A stretch of 64,000 nucleotides of DNA from Anaeramoeba ignava BMAN (taxonomy: Eukaryota > Protista > Anaeramoebae), in the NCBI GenBank assembly GCA_028826165.1, contig JAPDFW010000024.1:9605-73604 (forward strand), in the 5' to 3' direction. The notes under the pieces were generated by a model that was not told the origin of the DNA, did not search any database, and saw only the letters and a program-made list of their open reading frames with translations. Shown in pieces: positions 54,181 to 64,000 of this stretch. Made by a program: the position numbers and the translations under genes. Position 1 is the first letter of the stretch. Every line of letters begins with the position of its first letter.

Positions 54181-57100
54181 TATGTTAAAATTAATAATGA
54201 AGAAATTAAAATTGAAGAAATATTTAGATATTATTATTAAAGAAAATTTCAAATTTTTTTGCTTCAAAAAATGATTTGAAATTGTTGATTTTATTCAAGA
54301 AATAATTATTAAAACAATTTAGAAAATTGAAGAAGATTATTATTATTCAATAGTAAATTATTTTATTTGATTTAAAATTTTTTTTAAATTCAAATTCCAA
54401 AATAATTTATTTATTTAGAAAAGGAATACAACAGAATTTATCAAATAAAAACTCTCAAAAATTTATAAAATATTTCCTTATATTCAAAAAAAATAATTTT
54501 GAAAATGAAACTTATTATATTAATTGAATAAAATTATGAAACAAAATTCCCAAATCAAAAAATCAAAAATTGATACATTTTCTACAAAAAAAGAAATCTA
54601 ACAATAAATTTCAATTATCAAAACACAAATGATTTAAATTATCAAATTATTTACAAATTGAAATGAAATTTAAACAAAATTATAATCAACAAAATAAATA
54701 TATCTCTTCATAATATTTAAAAGAAATCAAATCAAATTTACATTAATTTTGATTATGAAAATTTAATTGCAAAAACAAAAATAATAATAAAAGAAAAAGG
54801 AAATCAAATTGATAAATATTCAAGTTTTCACCTTTGTATTAAACCAAAAAAAAAATTCACCAATAACATTATATCTCTTTTCTCAATTCAAAAATAATAC
54901 AATAAAAAAAATATATATTTCAGTTGATAAAATTGATATTAAAACAGAATCTTTGAATAGAAACACAAAGAAAATAGATTGAATCTAATTGAAAAAAGAT
55001 TTGAAATCAATAAATCAAATATCAAGATAAAACCAAATATTATTATGGAATATTTTACAGAAGAAAAAGAAAAAGAACTTAAAATTGATATTTTAAAACA
55101 ATTCTACATTTCAAAATCAAAAAAAGAATTTAACATAAAACAAACAATAATAAGCTTACTGTATTTTCATAATCTATTTATTGATATTATAAAGAAAAAC
55201 CTTTATATTCTCTTTTTAATGTTATTTCTTATTCGAAAAAAAGAAGAAGAAGAAATTTGTGGAATTAAATTAATAACCAAAATATTTCCTTAAAATCTAT
55301 AATTAACACATGAAATATTTTATTAATTCTTATTTGTTTCTCTTGTTGTTTTTTTGATAGATCTTATTACAGAATTCATTTTAATATTTGAACTAAATGA
55401 AAAGTATTGATATTTAACATTAATGAATATTTTAAAAAGAAATTTAAAAGAAGAAAGAAAGAAAGAATTTTATTTAATATAGATTTTTCTATTAAGAAAA
55501 AATAGAATAACAATTAAGAGATAATCCACAAATTGAAACATTTACAATAAAAAGAAAAGAAAATATCTTCTTGATTTCCAAAATATTTCAACACTTATTT
55601 GATCTTTTAATATTGAATATACAACAATTTTCATTCATTTCCCTTTCAAAAACAAACTTTCTAACTGTTTACATCATTACAGAAATATTTTCTTCCACTT
55701 TAATCAATATTTCTCAAATCTCACAATTTTTCAAGATTATTTTATTTTATTTATATTATGAAAAGAAAAAAGAATTTGAATTATTATCAACAACAAAAAT
55801 ATCTATATTACATATATTCAACAATTTAATCCATAAACAGAAATACTTATTTCCATTTTTATTATTTCAAGAATTTATGAAAATTATTTAAATATCTTCA
55901 ATTTACTTTTGCATTGGAAACACTTGATACATATATTCAATAACTTAAAATAATAATTTGAATATTTATTTATTTCTTGAATCAAAATATCACAAATAAA
56001 CAATTAACCAAATATTGAAATTATGGAATTTTTTCCATTTTCTTGAAACTGAAAAAAAAGATAAAATCAAAATATATTTCTTAAATATTTTTTTTTGAAT
56101 AAAAAATTACTGATATCAATGAATACTTATTTTCACAAATCTTCACAAAATATTTCTCCTTTTATTTGTAAATAACAATTATTCAAAACACACAAAAATA
56201 ATATTTTCCACAAATATTTTGAAATTGATGATTAATTACAACTTTTTATATTCTAAAACAAAATTAACAAAATTTAACAACATTTTTGAATAATTTATAT
56301 ATCCTTTCTTTAGAAATATTTCCACTTTCCAGAATATTATTTAATTCCATTTCAAAATTATTATTCAATTATTTTCTTCAAGAAAAAGAATATTAAATTG
56401 AATTGAATTGAAAATACATTTCTTAATAATTTCAATAATATTCACAAATTCTTTATTTATTTCAAGGAAATATACTTCTATTTAATCTATTCAAAAAATA
56501 TAATAGATAGAACTCAATTTTATCAATAAATTTAATTTAATTTAATTTAATTTAATTTAATACAAAATTATTCTTCATTTCTCCAAAATAATTGATAAAA
56601 TTACAAAATTCCTAATCATAAAGATTTATTAATCATTCCATTTTGAAGAGATTTCCATTAATATCAAACAAGAAAACTCTTTTTCAAAATATTAAATTCA
56701 ATTTCAAATCCAATTTAAATTCACAAAATTCTAAACAATAACAAGTTATTTCTGTTCATTAATCTTAATTATTTAACAACAACAAAAAAAATTATTTATA
56801 AATTCTAACTTCTTTAAAATTGAGAAATTAAATCCTTATTGGAAAAACAAAATGAAACAAATGAAAATAATCTTCAAAATCCAAAATCACTTTTAAATTT
56901 CAATTCTCTTTACTTAAATATTGGAAAATGATATAAATATCAAAATTCTAACTCTTATTTAATTTATTATTTAAATTAATTTAATCAAGAAATATTCAAA
57001 ATTCTTTTTAAAAAACATGATATCTGTTCATTTACTTAATCCAAAATATAATCCAAAACAAATTTGATTTCAAAATATTTCCAAATTCACAAATATTATA

Positions 57101-57400
57101 GAGATAAATCAATTATTATATAAATACTCAACAAATCTTCTTTAAAATATTTATCTTCAAATTTTGGAAGATTTTATTTAATTCTACTTTTGAATAACTT
57201 TGAAAAAACTATTTATTATTTATTTATTCCTTTCTTTTTTATTCAACAAAATTTCCAAATTTATTTCCTTTATAAACCTCAAACTCAAATCAAAACATTT
57301 CCAAAAAAAGAAATATTTCTTGATTTTTTATTACAAAATATAAAATATTCAAAAAATTTCTTTTTTTGTTAATAGAATTAATATTTAAATTCCAAAAAAA
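54180..57400 (+). pseudogene. Degenerate host coding-like region
   Basis: Several 60-106-aa + strand ORF fragments with protein-like composition and many stops/frameshifts; no domain recognised. Confidence 0.3.
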
Positions 57401-57829
57401 AAATAGATAGAATTAATATTTAAATTCTAAAAAAAAATAGATAGAATTGAATTGTTTTGATTTAAAAATTATTATTAAATTATTTCCAAAAAAAAATAGA
57501 AAGAAATTCAATATTTAAATAGATTTAATTTATTTATAAATTCTTTCAAAAAAATATTTTAATTGATTTTTATTTGGAAAAAATAAATAAATTTAGTTAA
57601 AAAATTTCAAAATTATGATTAAAAACAATTTTATCAATTTTATTTCATTTTTGAAAAAGAAATTAAATAAACAATTTGTTTTGAAATTTATTCAAAACTT
57701 AATAAATAGGAAATTTTCTTTTTTAATTTCTTTTTTTCTTTTTCTTTTTTTTAATTAAAAAAATAAAAAAATAAATTTTTCATTTTTTTTTCATTTTTTT
57801 TTTCACAAAAGTAAACACAAAGAAATAAA

Positions 57830-59115
57830 AGTAATTTATTTATATTTATTATTTTACACATAAATTATTTATCTAAATTATTTAAATAATCAAAATATTT
57901 ATAAATTATTAATTAATATTATTTAATTTCAATTTAATTTATTTATTAAAAAAAAAGGAAAAAACACAAATTAAAAAATTAAAAAATAATTAAATTAAAA
58001 ATATTAAATTATTATTTTACACATAAATTATTTATCTAAATTATTTAAATAATCAAAATATTTATAAAATATTTATTAATATTATTTAATTTTAATTTAT
58101 TTTATTTATTAAAAAAAGGAAAAAAATAAATTAAAAAATTAAAAAATAATTAAATTAAAAATATTAAATTATTATTTTACACATAAATTATTTATTTAAA
58201 TGATTTAAATAATCAAAATATTTATAAATTATTTATTAATATTAATTAATTTCAATTTATTTTATTTATTAAAAAAAAAAGCAAAAAAAAACACAAATTA
58301 AAAAATTAAAAAATAATTAAATTAAAAATATTAAATTAAATTAAAAATATTAAATTATTTATCTAAATTATCTAAATAATCAAAATATTTATAAATTATT
58401 TATTAATATTATTTAATTTCAATTTATTTTATTTATTAAAAAAAAAAGGAAAAACAGAAAACATCACAGAATAAAAGTAAGAAATTTAAAAATATAAAAA
58501 TATATAATTATTATTTTACACATAAATTATTTATCTAAATTATTTAAATAATCAAAATATTTATAAATTATTAATTAAAATTATTTAATTTTAATTTATT
58601 TTATTTATTAAAAAAAAAAGGAAAAAATAATTAATATAAAAATATAAAAATATAATTTTACTCATAAATTATTATTTAATTTATTTAAATCAACAAAAAT
58701 ATTTATAAATTATTTATTAAATTTAAATTTAATTTGTTTTATTTATTTGAAAAAAGAGCAAAAACAATATTTAATTAAAAAGATATTAAAATAATATTTT
58801 AAACATAAATTATTTATCTAAATTATTTAAATAATCAAAAATATTTATAAATTATTTATTTAAATTTATTTTATTTATTTGAAAAACAAAATAGAAAACA
58901 TCAGACAATAAAAGTAAGTGATTTATAAATAAATATATAATAATTATTTTAAACATAAATTATTTAAATAATAAAAATATTTATAAATTATCAATTAAAA
59001 TTATTTAATTTTTATTTATTTTATTTATTTAAAAATATAAAAATATTATTTATCTAAATTATTTAAATAATCAAAATATTTATAAATTATTAATTAAATT
59101 TATTTTATTTATTTG
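57830..59115. repeat. Degenerate ~165-190-bp AT-rich tandem repeat, ~7 copies
   Basis: CATAAATTATTTATCTAAATTATTTAAATAATCAAAATATTTATAAA recurs along the segment. Confidence 0.8.
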
Positions 59116-59127
59116 AAAAAGGGAAAA

Positions 59128-61160
59128 ATGAATCAAAACCAAAAACCAAAAACGAATTACAAAAACTTAAAGAATTTTTAATAAAAAAACATCAGAAACA
59201 AATTTTATCAATATTTAATAAAAAAAAAACATCAGATATTCAAATTTATTGTGGAATTGATAAAAGAATACTTTATTGCCATAAATCCATTTTGACTGCT
59301 CGTTCATTAACTTTTTTAACCAAAATTTTTGAAAAACAACAGACAAAATTAATATTTAATAATTTTCATTCAAATATTGTTACACCAATAATGGAATATA
59401 TTTATAGTGGAGAATTATCTTTTAATAAAGAAGAATTTGATAAATATTGGGAATTTGCTAATCAAAATAAGTTAAATGATGTTAAAAAACAAATTGAACT
59501 TGAAATGAAAGAATATCTACAACTTGATAATATTGCTAACATTTATTTCAAAAGTCAAAACATTTCATCTAGATTTCTTATTGAAAAATGTGAAGAATTT
59601 ATTATTCCAAATATTCAACAAATTATTCAAAGATTTGATTTCAAAAATTCACAACTTGAACAAAATATCAGTTTTGTTGGATTAATTTCCTTACATCAAT
59701 CAATTCAAAACAAATTTCAATTATTACAACTTTTTCAACAAAAATGGAAAGAAAATACCCAAGAAAACATTTACAAATTATTACAAAAACAAAAGAAAGA
59801 AGGATTAAACCGAAATTCATTAATTAAATTAAACCAAAACGAAACTATTAATTCTCAAGAAAAAGAAGAATATTTTGATAATGATAAATTCTTTTCAATT
59901 TTATTCACACAAATTCAACAAACACAAACATTTACTTTTCAACAATTTCAAAAAATTAAAAAAAGATATACTCATAATTTTGATGCTAAAATTGGATCAC
60001 TAAACAAGAGAATTTCAAAAAAATTTGAAGAATATCAAGGAAAAAAACAAATTCTTATCGGAAAAGAACTCCAAAAATCGAAAATTGAATTAGATATCAA
60101 AAAAGAGTTGAAGGAAAAAGAAAAATTAGAAATTTATCAATCATCAGATAAAGCAAAAATTTATTTTGAAAAACTTAAAAATTCGATTCAAGAAAATGAT
60201 AAAGGTAATATTTTTTTCAATTTTAAAAACAAAAACAAAAATAAAAATAAAAACAATTTTATTTTATTTAAATTATTTATTTAACAAAAATAATAGATGA
60301 AACAAAAGAATTATTGCAAATTGATATTGCTTTATTTTTTATCTGTATGAAAAACTTTCCAAACAACGAATATATTCAAGAAAATTGTTGTTTAGCTTTA
60401 AGAAAATTTACTGATAAAAGAAAGAGTAAAAACTTTTTTACAAAAACAAAAATTAAGTTTTTAAATTTAGATTTTATTTATTAACAAAAAAATCTTTTTA
60501 ATTTTATTATTTAAATTTTCTTTCTTTTTTGCTTCTTTTGTTTTTACAAAAAAAAAAACTAAAACAAATAATATTTATCGATTTAAAATAGGAATTTCAT
60601 TTAATTTACCAAATTTAAAAGGATTTAATTTAATTATCAAAGCAATGAATAATTTCCCATTTAACAGATTTCTTCAACTTCAATCTATTTTAATTATTAT
60701 TAATATTGGAAAAGAAAACGGTAAATTCAAAATTCAAAATAAAAACAAAAATAAAATTAATTTTCATTTTTTTTTGAAATATAAAAAATAAAAAAGAAAA
60801 CAAAACACAAATTGAAACTAATTCTGGAATTGATACAATAATTACAACAATGGTTAATTTTACAAAAGATAAAGAAATTTATAATAAAGGAATTGAAGCT
60901 TTAGGAGTTCTAGGTTTAGACAAAAAAGGTAAATTTCTTTTCATATTTATTATTTCACAAACAAAATATAAAAATTATTTTGATTGGATATAAATTTATT
61001 TCAATTTGAAAAACAAATATAAATACAATTTAATTTAATTTTATTTAATACAATTTAATTTAATTTAATTTTATTTTTGATTTAGAAATTGTTGAAAAAA
61101 TAATTCAAGAAAAATTAAAACGATTAAATGAGGAATATAGAAAATCAAAACCTGTAAATA
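59128..61160 (+). CDS. BTB/POZ-domain protein, multi-exon, possibly with ARM-like C-terminal repeats; has homopolymer-type frameshifts
   Basis: The frame upstream of the listed ORF reads [36 protein letters not shown], a BTB signature. The ATG at 59128 is out of frame with it. GT..AG introns follow from ~60205; the 3' end is uncertain. Confidence 0.7.
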
Positions 61161-64000
61161 ATACAACAAAAATTAATTTAATTTAATTTAAAAATAAATT
61201 TTCTTTTTTAAAAATTAATTTCTATTTCTATTTCTTTTTCTTTTTATTTCTTTTATTTTATTAGGGAGAAAAGGTTCATTTTTTTATTAATTCATTTCAA
61301 AATATAAAAATATAAAAATATAATTTATTTCTATTTATTTCAATTCTCAAAAACTTTATATTATTTCATAAACAAAAAAAATTCAATATTTTCTCTCTAT
61401 CATAATTATTTTCTCAAATCATAATTATTTTCTCAAATCATAATTATTTTCTCAAATCATAATAATTCATTTTTTTTATTTCATTATTTTTCTTTGCCAA
61501 AAAAGAAAGAAAACAAAATTTTTTTAATTTAAAATTTAAAACTAACATAATATTTTTCATTTTTTTGCATTAATAACTATTTTCTTTATTTTTGCCATTT
61601 TGGAAAAAAACAAACATATTTCTTCTTTCTCCTTTCTCCTTTCTCCTTTATCTTTTTTATTTTGGGAATTAAATTAAATAAGATTTATTAATTTCAAAAA
61701 AAAAATTGATTATTATTATTATTGATTAATTTAAATTAAATTAATTTAATTTAATTTAATTTAATTTAATTTAATTTAATTTAATTTAATTTAATTTAAA
61801 AATAACAAATTATGATTTTTTATTATTATATTATTTTCAAAATTTGAGAAAGTTGATAATAGAAACATTTATCAAATTAATTAAATTCTTTTTGAGAAAA
61901 TTGAAATGATTAAATTTAAATTAATAATAAAAATAAAAGATTAGAGATACATTTATCAAAAAAAAAACTAAATAAATAATTCTTATATCAAAAATTATTT
62001 GAAAACAAATTTGAAAATAAAGTTTGTTTTTTTTCTTTCAAAATTTTATTATTAATTATTATTGATTAGATAAGAAATTAATAGAATTCAAGAATGAAGA
62101 AAGATTAACAAAAAACAAAGAGATATTTGATTTCTTTTTTAATGATTATTTATTTTTATCAATAATAACTAAATTCAATTCTTTTTTTTATAATAAAAAA
62201 AATTGATAAAAAATTAAAGAAATAAAAAATAGATATTTATTTGATAAAATTAAATTTTCTCTTTTTGAAAAAAAAATTGAAAATTAATAATAATAATAAT
62301 AATAAATATAATACTTTCTCTAATCATTTATTTTCCCAATTTATTTATACTTTCTTTTTTTGATTAGGATATAATTAATTTAAAATAATTTTTGTTTTTT
62401 TGATTATTAAATCTAAATTAAATTGTTTTTAATAACAGAAATTTTTAAATCTATTTTATTATTTGGAAATTTATTATTAAAAATCAAAAATATAAATTCA
62501 ATTTGAAAATTAATTTATTTATCAAAAATTTTTATTCATAATTAATAATCCAGATAATATCTTTATTATTTTCTTTTCCCAATAAATAAATAAATAAATA
62601 AATTTTGTTTTTCATTTTTGATTTAATGAAAAATTAAAAAAAGAATGAAGGAAATAAAGCAAAATTTCTAAAGAAAAAATTGATAATTATAATTATTATT
62701 TATTCATTCTTAATTTATTATTTTTCAATTCCTTTTATTTTAATTTCAAAAAAAAAACATAAATTTAAATTAATTAATTTTGAGTTAATAAAAAATCTAA
62801 ATTATTCTTTTTAGTTTTATCAATTCAAAAAAAAAAACAAATTATTTAATTTAACAAATTGATTCTTTTTAACTAATTTTAATTTATTCTTTATTTATTT
62901 TTTTTATTCAAATTTAGGAAACTTTATTTCATTACTTTTCAAAAAAGAAACCAATTGATTTTGAAATTTTCCAAATTTTATTCAAAAAAAGATCTGAATG
63001 GAATAAACAAGATGTATTTATTTTTATTTAATAATAATAATAATTAATTTTAAAAATTTAATAATTTTGATTATTTTCAAATAAAATTTAAATTTAAATT
63101 TATCAAATTTAATATTTATTTTTATTTTTATTAACAAAAGAAAATTCAATTTTTAATTTATTTTTAAAATTATTAAATTTTTTTCCAAAATTTATAAACA
63201 ATAAAATAAAAATCAAAGTTTTTCCATTTGATTTTATTTTGTTGGAATTGAAAAATGATAAGAGCAGATAATCAACAAATTAAGAATTATCTGAAACCAA
63301 TCTCAAATTTATTTTATTTCCCTTTTTCTTTTCTGAGATTATAAAAATTGAATTATTTCTTTTTCTGATTTTTTATTATAATTTTTTCTTTATTATCTTC
63401 TTTTTCCATAAAGAAGATATTTATTTTCTGATTTGATTTATTATTTAAAAAAATAAAAACAGAATTTAAATTTCAAAATTAGAAAATTTGTTTTTCCAAA
63501 ATTGAAAAAATTAACCCTTGAAGAAATTCACAAAAACAAAAAGAATTACTTAATCTCTTTTTAATCCTTTTCATTTTTGGTTGATAATAACGAATTAATT
63601 TTGTGAAAACATAATTTCAAAATGAAAATATTTTGAATAAAAACATTTGAATACTTTTCTCAATTTCTCAATTTTTCATTTTCTTTTTACAAAATCAATA
63701 TCATTATTTCTCCCTTATGTGAGAAGAAAAATTATATTGAATTATAATATTAAAATTTTGAGATAGATTTGAGAGAAAAGGAAAAAGATTTTATTTTTGA
63801 AAATTTCTTCCTTCCTTCATTTCATATACTTATCTTTTCAATATCTTTGAAAATTCCATTTAAATGAAGTAATAACATTAAAGATAAAAATGAGTTAAAA
63901 AGAATTAAAAAGACTAATTTGTTATTTCATTTTTCGTGTGAAAATTTTTATTAAAGATAAAAATTAAAAGATGGATACTTTTCACCTTTATTGAACAATC

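Overview
Extremely AT-rich eukaryotic (protist-like) genomic window with GT-AG introns. The lineage cannot be fixed from sequence alone; the style resembles AT-rich amoeboid protists such as Anaeramoeba, which is unverified. Positions 1-26.9 kb hold one complete rDNA unit (18S-ITS1-5.8S-ITS2-28S, + strand, ~7762-13995). It lies downstream of a 16-bp satellite and between AT-rich repeat families that occur in opposite orientation on its two sides. Downstream of the rDNA are two TA-flanked non-autonomous elements with 11-bp TIRs and an unexplained GC-rich ~150-nt branched hairpin. The main result is a 26,059-bp giant IS630/Tc1-type DNA transposon (26882-52940). It has perfect 26-bp terminal inverted repeats and a TA target duplication, and its empty site can be reconstructed from the tandem repeat it interrupted. 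It carries an intact DD36E transposase, a spliced gene joining a second (Sola-like DDD) transposase domain to a USP/C19 deubiquitinase, two low-complexity protein genes, and ~13 kb of internal satellite including a 9-module composite array. To the right lie host repeats, decayed coding-like sequence and a BTB-domain gene.
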